Assembly: GCA_024137785.1 (NCBI GenBank)
Contig: JAHRHZ010000144.1
Coordinates: 19,650,317-19,714,316, forward strand
DNA length: 64,000 nt
From: Ginglymostoma cirratum
Taxonomy: Eukaryota
Direction of reading: 5' to 3'
The notes under the pieces were generated by a model, which worked only from the letters and a program-made list of their open reading frames with translations, did not search any database and was not told the DNA's origin. Positions 37,003 to 48,564 of the stretch are shown in pieces; position 1 is the first letter of the stretch, and every line of letters begins with the position of its first letter. Both the position numbers and the translations under genes were made by a program.

Positions 37003-37329
37003 ATGGATCATAGAATCCCTACAGTAAGGAAACAGGCCCTTCGGCCCAACAAGTCCACACCAGCCCTCAAAGCATCCCACCCAGACCCATCCCCCTATAA
37101 TCCAACTAACCTACACATCCCTGAACACTGCGGGCAATTTAGCGTGGCCAATCCACCTAGCATGCGCATCTTTGGACTGTGGGAGGAGACTGGATCACCC
37201 GGAGGAAACCCACGCAGACACGGGAGAATGAGCAAACTCCACACAGACAGTCGCCCAAAGGTGGGACCAAACGCGGGTCCCCGGCGCTGTGAGGCAGCAA
37301 TGTTAATCACTGAGCCACCATGCCACCCC
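37003..37329 (-). mobile_element. HE1-type SINE (young, CpG-rich)
   Basis: catagaatccctacag tail through to gagccaccatgccaccc head. Confidence 0.93.
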
Positions 37330-37584
37330 AGAGGGATATGGGCCTAATGTCTGCAAATGAGACTTGTTTAGTTTGGGAAACCTCATCGACTGAAGCCAGA
37401 GAACATTCCAAAGGGCTCAGAAAGGGGGCATGAGAAGGAATATTTGGCAGCCATTCCCTCAGCAAAGTCTTGACCAGCGAAGACTCCGTGCAAGACCCAC
37501 CTTCAGACGAAGGACACCCTGAGTGCCCTGTTATGGAGCTCAGTGAACTGAATCTGGCAGCTCAATTCAGCTCACCAGGGTGGA

Positions 37585-37700
37585 CAAAAACCGAAAGACT
37601 GGGTTCTGAGGAAGGATCACCAGACCCAAAACGTTAACTCTATTTTGTTCTTCACAGATGCTGCCAGCCCTGCTGAGTTCTTCCAGCAACTTTGTTTTTG
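37585..37700 (+). mobile_element. Penelope terminal repeat insertion with hammerhead motif
   Basis: gttctgaggaaggatcaccagacccaaaacgttaactc; flanked by tcaccagggtgga / tcaccagattgga (imperfect TSD). Confidence 0.8.
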
Positions 37701-37997
37701 TCACCAGATTGGATAGTATGTGTGTATTTCAGGCGGTCAGCCTAGATTGGGGAAAGGCAACTTGATTTGTATAATTTTTTTTGACTTGTGAGTGTTTCAA
37801 TAAAACTAAGTCTGAACTGCAGCACTTTATTTGTCTCATACAGTAACAGCACATAGGTAAACATGTTTTATGAGTAATAAACTGGTCAGAGTGTCTGTAT
37901 AGAATATTTCACAGGCAACGTGGGTTTAATAAAATGCATACTTATTACTTAAACTACCATTGCAGCTAGAACTTCAATCCTGAATACTGACTCCATT

Positions 37998-38130
37998 ATT
38001 CACATGAATAGGGAAGATTTAGAGGGATATGGCCAAACGTCTGCAAATGAGACTTGTTTAGTTTGGGAAACCTGGTCAGCATTGATGAGTTGAACTGAAG
38101 GGCTGTTTCCGTGCTGTATGAGTCTATGAT
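37998..38130 (+). mobile_element. CR1 3' tail
   Basis: gagggatatggccaaac...ctgtttccgtgctgtatgagtctatga. Confidence 0.8.
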
Positions 38131-39039
38131 GTAAAGAAAAATAGCCACCATAAAATAGCTTAAGAAAGGCAGTACGGTAAACAAATAACACTAAGTCAAA
38201 TAGGCATTGTTGCACCTCATTCCGTTTAGAGTTGAACTTACATTTCATGCAATTCCATATAAATGTAATTCCTAAGCTTAATTAAAAGTAACGTTCTGCC
38301 ATTTTTAGCTGAATGACACATTACTCACTGGTACTGACACTTGAAAATATACGGTCACTCTCTCTATTGTCTCTATATTCCTCTCTGTCTCTTGACCCTC
38401 CCTCTTCTGCTTCAGTTCTTCCCCTTTGACTCCCCAACTCTTCGTTCTCGTCTCCTTCCCTGTATGCTCCTTTCCTTTGTCTTTTCTTTCTTCTGTTTGG
38501 GAAAACTGTAGGTCGTGTAATCTGCGACCATAGTGTACTAGAAAGGGAAATAGCAAAAATTGGAAAATGCATTTTAATAAATAACAAAGTGAGTTACAAC
38601 CCACCATGCTGGATGGTTTGCCAATAATACCTATCCTTAACTTTTGCATTTAGTTACCGCGCTACACATTCAAAAGTCCTCAAAGACTTGCGTGAAGTTA
38701 ACTGCAAAAAAAATCAGGGCCATGCTATTCAGAAAAACAAACTCTGAATATCTGAATGTATAAAGGTTCAGGGCAGATCAGAATGAGGTTGTTGTTCTGT
38801 ACTGTGTTCTATTCTGTTCAGTTCATTGTCATGTTAGCATTAGTGTACCAGATATAACTTCAGATATTTTCACTTGGAGCTTTCAAGCTGTAAAGTGTCA
38901 CAGCTAGAAACATCAAGGTAGCTCTCACTATTGTCAGTTTAACTATGCAGCAGTCACTATGTATACTATTACTGCACCATAAAGATAATTGTAAAGCAAC
39001 TATGTTCATGCAACTGTTCGGAGCTTCTCGTTGTTGTGA

Positions 39040-40480
39040 GTCATTGAGCTGGTACGGAACCAAGGAGGCCATTTAGCCCACTGAATCCGTGCTAGCTCTA
39101 CTGGACCAATCCAGTCAATCCCACTCCCCTGCTGTATCCCTGTTTATTTCCATAAAATTTCCTTTCAACTTGCCTTTGGAATGATTTAGTGTCTTCATTA
39201 CTATCGTGCTCAAAGGCAACAAGTTCCAAATCATTAATGCTCACTACTTTAAAAGGTCCTTTCCCACATTCTTCTCACATGTCTTAGTCAATAGCTGTGT
39301 CCCATAGTCCTTATACTACCACCTAAAGGGGATACTTTTCTTTATTTCCCTTATGCAAACCCATCACAATTTTGCGCACCTCTTATAAATCTCCTCCTCA
39401 AACTCCATTTCTCTAAGTCAAAAAAAGCCCCGGCTTTTCCAAACTAACCTTGTAGCTTAAATCCTTCAATCCTGGAACCACACCTTTAAGTTTCCCTTGC
39501 ACTCTTTCAAGGACCTAGACATCATTCCTAAAATGTAGCAACCAGAAGTGATCACAATATTCTAATTGCGGCATGACCAGAACCTGAATGTTCAGGGTAG
39601 TTTCCCTTCTTTTATATTCATCATATTCATTTATTGCATCTAAGATCCAATATATAATTTGCTTACAGATCTTTTAAGGTTGGTCTATCTATTGCAAATT
39701 CTTTAGAATTCTGATTTCATGCCTCCATATCACTTTTACCAGAATGAGTCACCTCATATCGCTCTCTATTAAATTCTATATGCCATTTGTCTGCTTATTC
39801 TACTAGCCTATATTTGTCATATTGCAGTCACTTGGAAGTTTGGTAGCATTTATAAATTTTGAGAGTTTGCTTTTTTTCACAAATTTCCAAGTCATTTAAT
39901 CAAAACATATATTAAAAAGGCAGCAATCTCCGCATTGATTGTCCAAAATCATTTGGACTAGAAAACAATCATAGAACCCCTACAGCGCAGAAAGAGGGCA
40001 TTTGGCCGACTAAGTCCACTGACACTCCAAACAGTATCCTAACCAGACCCACCACATCCCTGCACTTCCCATGGCTAATCCACGCAGACTGCACATCCCT
40101 GGACACTATGAGGCAATTTAGCATGGCAAATCCACCTAACCTGCACATCTTTGGACTGTGGGAGGAAACCAGGGCATCTGATGGAAATTCACACAGACAA
40201 GGGGAGAACATAAACTTTGTACAGATAATCACCCAAGGCTGGAATTGAACCTGGATCCCTAGCGCTATGAGTCAGCGGTGCCACTGTGCCACCCTCATTA
40301 AGTTCATGAAGCTCATAAGCTCATAAATCACTTTACAATGACGCCCAGTTTTCTGTCCTTAAGCCAATATTTCTTCCAAGCCAACATTTTTCAATTTTTT
40401 AAGCCTGTATGTACTCCGTTGACAAATGTTCTCTGAAAATCCACACGGAGAGCATCCAGCCTATTCCCTATTATTTCCTT
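39040..40480 (-). mobile_element. Old CR1 3' fragment interrupted by an HE1 SINE
   Basis: gagtcattgagctggtacggaaccaaggaggccatttagccc tail; decayed ORF2. Confidence 0.7.
39968..40294 (-). mobile_element. HE1-type SINE
   Basis: catagaacccctacagcgcagaaagagggcattt...ccactgtgccaccc. Confidence 0.88.
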
Positions 40481-40499
40481 GTTCACTGCTTGCTTTTAC

Positions 40500-41105
40500 T
40501 TATTTATTCTTTCATAGGATGTGAGCATCGCTGGCAATGTCAGCATTTGTTGTCCATCCCTAATTGCCCTTGAGTTGAGTGGCTTGCTAAGTCATTTTAT
40601 AAATATTCATTCATGGGATGTGGGCTTCACTTGGTCGGCCAATGTCTATTGCCCAATCCTAATTGTCATGGAGAAGGTATGAGCTGCCTTCTTGAACTGC
40701 TCCAGTTCTTTGGGTACAGGGACACTCACACACCCACCAAACACTGCACTTTTTAAAAGAAGCTATTCATGGGATGCAGGTATCACTTTCCAGGCCACCA
40801 TCTATTGCCATTTTAAATGCCCAGGGAGCAGTAAGTATCAGCCATATTGATGTAAGTCTAGTGTGATATGTAGTCCAGATCAAGTAAGATTGGCAGATTT
40901 CTTTCGCTAAAGAACATTGTGAACCAGGTGGGTCTTTACAACAATTAACAGCGATAACATGGTCACCGTTCGGCAAACTTCTGATTTCACATTTTTTACT
41001 GAGTTCAAGTTTCTCTAACTATCATGTGGAATCGGAATACATGGCCACAGAACATTAGCTCTCGGCTATGGATTACTGGTCCAGTGACATTACTGCTATG
41101 TCACT
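40500..41105 (-). mobile_element. Cluster of three tails/copies of the second SINE family
   Basis: Repeated ttcatgggatg...attgccc starts at ~40510, ~40607 and ~40765. Confidence 0.65.
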
Positions 41106-42149
41106 TGGTTTAAAAGTTGTGACTTATCCCAGCCTAAGCAATGTACTCCAAGATAAGGGAGATGCTTGAGGAAATATAAAAGAAAGGGCATTGTAATCTA
41201 AAAGGATTGTTACTGCATTGAAATTGGATTTCTGCAAATCTCCAAACTTTGAGATTGATTCTACCTCATCACTAGATTGAAAAATAACTTAAAACTCTAA
41301 TATGCGCCCGGCTAATGATTTATTCAAGTTGTTCCATTGGTTTGTACAGAGAATGCTGTCTCCTGACGCTCCTCGTACCAAATCAATTCTGGCAATGTTG
41401 AATGACACTAACATTTCAACATTGTTTTCAGCTATATGTTAATTAATTTTCTGCAGCCTTTGGTATAAGTGAAATCAAACTCTGCATTGCAGTGGATGGT
41501 TAAATTAACTGAACTTAACAGTCTAACTTCCATTGTGGACAAGTGAAATAAAATTACCAATGCTAGGAGCTCGATGTCAAAGAAAAAGACACAGAAGATT
41601 GCAGAGAATCTGAAATGAAAAGGATTGTTTTGAAATGCAGGCATCTGTCCACACTGATTCTATTGAAAGTAGACAGAGGTCAATTTGATGTTGCTCTGTA
41701 TTGACGCAGGCCAGAACTTTGAATTTCTGTAGCAGTTCTGCCCTCTTGTTGTTCCCTGTTTCCCATGTGATTACATTTATTTTAAAATAGCTGGCAGTGT
41801 GCACTGAGACAAGTGCAACTGCAGCGGACGAAGCTGTTTAATCGTGGATTCTGCAAACAACTCACAACGCTGTAGCTGTGTAATGACTATTAAATAACAT
41901 CCTGGATAAACAGGGATGCTTTGCAACATAGTCACAACTTTCGTCCCCAGCTCAATTATCATTAATATAAGACTTATTCAGAACTTGGAGGTGGCAGAGT
42001 TGCTTTGTCCCCAGAGTGAAATTTCACTTGTAAATTTCTAATAGCATGGTTGCATTTCATATAGTTTTGCACCATCTTTTTTGGTTGAGAATAGATATGT
42101 CAAGGATCGAACTGTGCTCATTCATTTCATGTCCAGCACACATTGGTTA

Positions 42150-42291
42150 CCGTGATGTGGAGATGCTGGTGTTGGACGGGGGTGGACAGTCTGAAGTCAC
42201 ACAACACCAGGTTATAGTCCAACAGGTTTATTTGAAATCACAAGGCTTCGGAGCACAGCCCCTTCATCAGGTGAAGTCACATGGCTTGGTG
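42150..42291 (-). mobile_element. Penelope terminal repeat insertion (same family as 50381-52915) with hammerhead motif
   Basis: Minus strand UCAC-CUGAUGA-A-GGGGC-UGU-GCUCC-GAAGCCUU-GUGA; TSD cattggtta (42141-42149, 42292-42300). Confidence 0.82.
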
Positions 42292-42399
42292 CATTGGTTA
42301 GTTAGGGACATATCCTTTAGCTTGAAAGAATTTTTTTGTTTTTTTGTTGAATGTTCATGTTAGTTGTCTCACACTGACTGTCACTACTGGCATCTCTGC

Positions 42400-43680
42400 T
42401 ACCTCTGACAGTCTGAGGAACAGGGTAAGAGTTGTTCGTGACTATTGACTGCCACAAATCCTCGATTGTTTATACCGTGACTAGGACCTATCTAATGAGT
42501 AGCGGTAGAGGGTACATCACTGTAAAGTATTGACAGAGAAGCACTGGAGTCATATGCAGCTTTTCCATGGAGTTGTTAATCGGGCTGAATGACTTCACGC
42601 ACTCTCTATGGTTCTTTGACTGGTGAACTAGGCTTTATCACATTCTCAGTCATGTTGCTGCTCACTCAGCACTCGCGACTGGCATTCACTGCTCAGTTTT
42701 GTCAATTTGTTCAACAGACCATTCTGTCATCTGAAAAAGGTCCATTAAACTTTCTGGAATGAGCTGAAGTGGGCTGTGCTGCTCATCCTTCTTCTCACAA
42801 ACTTGGCTGAGTTTTAAATTCCCAACTGTCTTCAGTGATGACAGGAGCTATTTCTAGACTTGCCAAGACAGCACCATTGCAGGTTTCAAAACGAGTAAAT
42901 CTCTTTTGTGATCTCTGGCCACCACACCTCTGACTGAGCCCCAGCTATACATCTGGCAACGCCTTACTGCCCACAGTATGTCTTTTCCAATATATCTTCC
43001 CAGAGGGGTGGTAAGGTAACCTAATTCTTCAGTCATGCACCAGCAAATTGTCTGCCATTTGTTCTCAAAGTGTGTGTTCTCAAACAACTCACTGAACCTT
43101 TGGTGTGCCATCCCCCAACAAAATATTGGCAAATGGTAGCATATGAAACATTTCTTTTGCTCCCTTGTAAGTGATGTCAACAGATTCTTTCTTTTTTTGG
43201 GTTAAGTTAGGCATCCAGGAAGAAAAATTAGGCCTTTTACTGTTTGCCCTTGACTGGTTGGTCAACAATAGATTGTTCCTTGGTGTTTGGACAGCTGTTT
43301 GTCTCTGGGCCAGTTGATCTCTGGGAGCATGTCGATCTCCTTCAGCCATTCTAATGATATTAAGGATTGAGTCATGTCTGTAGGCTTAAAAATGAAGATT
43401 TTTGACGGTGAACAATGAAAGCATTTGTAATTCTCTTATGTTCATTGCATGGCAAGGTAATTTTTAGCATTCGTATGCCTGTAACAATTATTACACAGGT
43501 ACCAGAGAGCGTTATCTCTGTCAGCTGTAACTTCTGTTTCTTCAGCCCTAGTGACTAGTCTGACAGGACCTTATTTTGCATTTCAAGGACTTGCTGAATG
43601 ATCAACAATCATGCGTCTTTCTGGGTCATTGATTTGACAATCATAACAATTGGAGTCAATTAATTTGAAACACCAAATTC
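42400..43680 (-). mobile_element. Gypsy integrase-region fossil
   Basis: Decayed PPLWEDILEK.Y.GQ.GVARC...AQSEVWWPEITKEI (HHCC zinc-binding region). Confidence 0.65.
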
Positions 43681-43688
43681 CTCCTAAG

Positions 43689-44036
43689 TATCATAGTATC
43701 CCTACAGTGTGAAAGCAGGCCATTCAGCCCATTGAGTCCACACTGACCATCCAAACAGTATCCCACCCAAATCCACCCCCATATCCTATCACCAGAAGCC
43801 TGTATTTCCCGTGGTTAATCCATCTAGCTTGCACGTCCCTAGATACTATGAACAATTTAGCAAGGCCAATCCACCTAATTTGCACATCTTTGAACTGTGG
43901 GAAGAAACCAGAGCACCCAGAGGAAACCCACACAAACACAGGGAGAATGTGCAAACTCCACACAGACGGTCACCTGAAGCTGGGATCAAACCTGGGTTCC
44001 TGGTGCTGTGAGGCAGCAGTGTTAACCACTCAACCA
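43689..44036 (-). mobile_element. HE1-type SINE
   Basis: catagtatccctacagtgtgaaagcaggcc...gctgtgaggcagcagtgttaaccact. Confidence 0.9.
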
Positions 44037-44074
44037 TTAAATCACATCAGCGGAGAATGAGCTAAGAACTGATT

Positions 44075-44658
44075 CAGAGATAGTAGGAACTGCAGATGCT
44101 GGAGAATCTGAGGTAACAAGGTGTAGAGCTGGATGAACACAAAGCAGGCCAAGCAGCATCAGAGGAGCAGGAAGGCTGACGTTTCGGGCCTAGACCCTTC
44201 TTCTTCTGAANNNNNNNNNNNNNNNNNNNNNNNNNNNNNNNNNNNNNNNNNNNNNNNNNNNNNNNNNNNNNNNNNNNNNNNNNNNNNNNNNNNNNNNNNN
44301 NNNNNNNNNNNNNNNNNNNNNNNNNNNNNNNNNNNNNNNNNNNNNNNNNNNNNNNNNNNNNNNNNNNNNNNNNNNNNNNNNNNNNNNNNNNNNNNNNNNN
44401 NNNNNNNNNNNNNNNNNNNNNNNNNNNNNNNNNNNNNNNNNNNNNNNNNNNNNNNNNNNNNNNNNNNNNNNNNNNNNNNNNNNNNNNNNNNNNNNNNNNN
44501 NNNNNNNNNNNNNNNNNNNNNNNNNNNNNNNNNNNNNNNNNNNNNNNNNNNNNNNNNNNNNNNNNNNNNNNNNNNNNNNNNNNNNNNNNNNNNNNNNNNN
44601 NNNNNNNNNNCCTCTGATGCTGCTTGGCCTGCTGTGTTCATCCAGCTCTACATCTTGC
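44075..44658. mobile_element. Palindromic Penelope-derived mini-element (family B) spanning an assembly gap
   Basis: Left arm and inverted right arm flank the N run; flanks gagctaagaactgatt / gagctcagaattgaat (13/16 match). Confidence 0.78.
44211..44610. other. Assembly gap (400 N)
   Basis: Run of n. Confidence 1.
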
Positions 44659-45145
44659 GAGCTCAGAATTGAATTGGCACAAAAATAATATGCAATAAGG
44701 TTAAGTCTTTTCCTTTGCATGATTCCAAACAGTAAATAGAACATAAGTGGCGTCCAGTTAATTTGCAGAGCAAAACAGTCTATATTTTTAAAAGACAGAA
44801 TTATTCTGTACTCATGAATTCCTGTATTTTGTACATGTGTCAAATAAATAAATCCAAATCTAAATCTACTCTTCCTCTTAAGCAAAGGTGAGGTCATTCA
44901 TGAAGCAACTGAAGATGGTGCAGCTAAGGTTGCCATTTAGGTTTCTAGGGATTTATCTCAAACTGCAATCACCTTCTTGTGGGAGGATATGAGTCAACAA
45001 AATGATTTCACTTTTGCAAGCTTTCTTTGGTGCTATGTTCAAGGAGATTTGAATTCCAGGCTTCTGGCAAGCTTCATATTCATGAGTGTGAAGTGTCTCA
45101 GCTGAGACTTGAAGTGTCTCAGCTGACAAACCTTTTGCTATACAG

Positions 45146-45215
45146 TAGGGGTGTCCAACCGATGGCCTGTGGACCACATATAACCTGCAAGTGCATTTCT
45201 CGTGGCCCAATGCCT
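45146..45215 (+). mobile_element. hAT (Charlie-like) terminal fragment
   Basis: taggggtgtccaacc...ggcctgtggaccacat...gtggccc terminus-like motif; matching opposite end not found. Confidence 0.4.
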
Positions 45216-46548
45216 GGTAGATAAATTTACAGCTCATGCATAGCCTTCCCAATTAGTAATAATTAATTAATCATTACATAGCCTTCCGTGAGAAGGATCA
45301 CAGGCGAGGTCAAAAAGTATGTCAAATGAAAGGTTTTTTTAACCCTTTTAGTTATTTTGTTTCACTTTGTTTCGTGAAGCTGAAATTTCAAAGTTAGGCA
45401 ATTGTACATGGAAGATTTTGCAAGTAACAGCTCCTCCGATCAAATGCTGTTTCTCAGCCTATGGGCAGCAAATGTAAGAGAGAACCAGTCTGCGACTGGA
45501 GGAGCAGAGAACAGCCTGAGGCCTGGAGCTGTGGCAATGAGTCTGGGGACTGAATCTGGGAATACGAGACATTCAGGGAGACTCTGGCTCGCAGTGAAGG
45601 GAAAAGAGTTACACCACAGTGAGAAAGCAATGGCAGAAGGGAACTGCAAATCAGGTCGTGATGATTATTGGGAATGTCAGACTATTAGGTTGCTCCTGCT
45701 AACTTTTCTTCCATTTCATTTCATAGAAGAAATTGCCCTTTAATTTGCCTTTAAGACTTCCCCGAAAACAATATTGTCCACTTTCACTTCAATGCAAAAT
45801 GTTTGCCGGTGGGGTAATGGTGCTGGTGGAAATTTTTGGACAATAAAACCCCATGGATTATTTTCGTGAAATTAAAGGGGACAGCGTAAGACACCCAGAG
45901 TGAGGGGCTTAATGGGAGGGTTGAGGTGAAGGAGTGAGAAAGAGGAGACAAAGGAGGAAGAGAGAGAGAAGGAAAGGGATGAGACTTTGGGGGGAGAGGG
46001 ATAGAGGGAGGTCAGGCTGTGAGAGGATGAATCAAAAGTCTGAAAGTTAGCTCACTTCTGACCCCAATTTTCATATGCATTCCACCAAGGCCATCTTGGA
46101 GTATTCCCCACCAGAGGTGGTTGGAGATCAGCATTAATCCTAACCCTTTAGCTCAGCCCAGTTGCGACTCTATTCCCTAGTGATCATACAAAGATATTAT
46201 ACAGTATCAGACAGCTTCCCTGCACAAGAATGTGTTTGGGTTCGGCAGTGATGGCCCTTCTGGTTGATTAGCCTTTTAACATTCATTGTACATAAAAAAA
46301 AGGGGACTTCAATGAGGTAGCAAAAGATCAACAAAAACTTTGTAGAAGAAGGAAAAGAAATATTATTATTACTTTTGGAGTAATCACTCCTTTGTAGGTC
46401 AACATACAAACGAGCCCAAGTATCCAGATGTTGTCACATGGCCACAGCCCACAGGCTTTCTGCATTTTAGCCCAGTGTCTAGAGATTACTCAGCACTGTA
46501 TATATTAAGTTAACTGTAAGTAGCCCCACCACTGATGTTAATGTAAAA

Positions 46549-46857
46549 GTGGGCAGCACAGTGGCTCAGTGGTTAGCACTGCTACCTCACAGCACTAGGG
46601 ACCCGGGTTCGATTCCAGCCTTGGGCGTCTGTCTGTGTGGAGTTTGCACGTTCTCCCCGTGTCTGCGTGGGTTTCATCTGGGTGCTCCAGTTTCCTCCCA
46701 CAGTCCAAAGACGTGCAGGTTAGGTGGATTGGCCATGATAAATTGCCCGTGGTGTAAGTTAGGTGGGTTGTTGTGGGGGGTGGGTCTGGGTGGGATGCTC
46801 TGAGGTTCGGTGTGGACTTGTTGGGCCGAAGGACCTGTTTCCACATTGTAGGGATTC
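46549..46857 (+). mobile_element. HE1-type SINE (young)
   Basis: gtgggcagcacagtggctcagtggttagcactgct...gggttcgattccagcc...tgtagggattc. Confidence 0.94.
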
Positions 46858-48079
46858 AGTGAATCTACATATCTCATTTGTGTAACACATGCGTATCACA
46901 AGAATTAGTGCAAACAGACTAGAATAATGGGAGAATTATCTTAATTAGGTAAATTAATCTCAGAATTTGAATGGTGTACCATCAGATTTCTTATCTATAA
47001 GAGCCCATCTGCAGTTAAACCACAGTCTGCTAATCATTGCCCATTATTTTAAAATGTTAATTATAATGAGTTATTTGCTAAGCAATGATTTCCTTTAATG
47101 CAATTCTTTTCATGGATAGTTTCCAAAGCCTCATTATTATCATTATGGGACAGGATGGTTCAAGGATCATTCTGAGTCAGTGTTGCACTGCAGGTCAGCT
47201 AAAATATGTTTAAATATGATGGACAATGTCACTCATTCATGTCAGTGTAAGAACATCAGCAGACTTGCTAACAGAGGCTCGACCACAATAAATACGGGGT
47301 AGAAACTGTCATATGTTTTTGCTATTGACAATCTTTCATTTATCCAGCTGTGAAGATTGAATCTGCTGCTGGGAAAAACAACAATGAATAACTTGGAGCT
47401 GGTTTAAATCTCAAACTTGGGTCCGGAAACATTTTAAAATAGAAGATTTTAACCCTTACAGTGCCAACAACTTCACAAAATTCAAAACAAAAACAGCACT
47501 CTTGAAAAAAGATTTCTGTTGAAATAAGAGCGCTACCAAAATCCTATACGGCAGGATGTCACTGAGGAAAAGTTGTGACATTGAATAAACTGGTAAAATA
47601 AACATTTAGTTTTTAAGCTTTGTGTTTAATTTTAATAAAGACAGAAAATCCCAGGAACACTGTATCTTTTCAACATTTGCTAAAAAGAAATGACAAATGG
47701 TATTGACATTTTGGCTGCAAAGATTCCAATCAGATACAAATGAAGAGTTGAACATCGGAAATATTACCAACCTATTGTTTCTCTTCAAAAAATTGGGCTT
47801 ATTAAAAATACTGTTGCAATTATTAGGGTCAGAAACAAATCCAAAAACAATTTGCAACGTTGATTCTGGAACAGAGACATCATAACCATCAGAAAAGGGA
47901 AGAGTGAAGTCATTAAAATTGAAAGAGTTTGACACAGTAAAAGTAGAAAAGATATTTGCAGTTGTGGTGAAATCAAAAACTATGAATATTTCATGAATAT
48001 TTTACTTAGAAATACAGTTAGGAATTCAGGAGTACTCTCTTAATACAGAAAGTGATTACGAGCTAGTACTTAATGCCGC

Positions 48080-48445
48080 AAGGAGGTTGAGAGGTGGCCT
48101 TATAAAGGTTTACGAAATCATGAGGGCTATAGATGCAGTGAATGGCAGGTGTCTTTTCCCTAAGTAGGGTATTTCAAGACTAGGGGGCACATTTTTAGGG
48201 TGAGAGGAGAGAGATTAAAAAAGACACGAGGGGCATTTTGTTTCACACAGAGAGTGGTTCATGTGCAGAATGAACTTCTAGAAGAAGTGGTAGTTAAAAG
48301 TCTTTAAGTTCGTGAATAAGAAATGTTTGGAGGGATATGAGCCAAAAGCAGGCAGGTGGGACTAGTTTTGTTTGATAACATGGTCGGGATGGATGAGTTG
48401 GAGCGAACGGTCTGTTTCCGTGCTGTATGACTCTCTGATTCTATG
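48080..48445 (+). mobile_element. CR1 3' fragment nested in an older CR1 tail
   Basis: RRLRGGLIKVYEIMR...FKTRG...FTQRVV; ctgtatgactctctgattctatga tail. Confidence 0.85.
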
Positions 48446-48564
48446 AGGAGTTGAGGTGAATAGAATTGATATATTTAAAGGGAAATAAGATCAATAAATG
48501 AGGGAAAAGGGAATGGAAAGTTATCCCAATAGAGTAAAACGAAGAGGGTGAGAGGGGTATTAGA

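Larger units (their letters stand above)
36615..37848 (+). mobile_element. Possible solo LTR interrupted by a SINE and a Penelope piece
   Basis: TG start, aataaa at 37799, CA end; no matching TSD found. Confidence 0.35.

Noticed and set aside
44133-44897. Long ORFs of 160-235 aa
   Set aside because: They are open only because they cross the 400-N gap
46549-46625. SINE heads as functional tRNA genes
   Set aside because: They continue into HE1 SINE bodies and lack a proper cloverleaf
47606-47935. 109-aa minus ORF with natural-looking composition
   Set aside because: Partly antisense to a decayed CR1 3' end; no splice signals or recognisable domain
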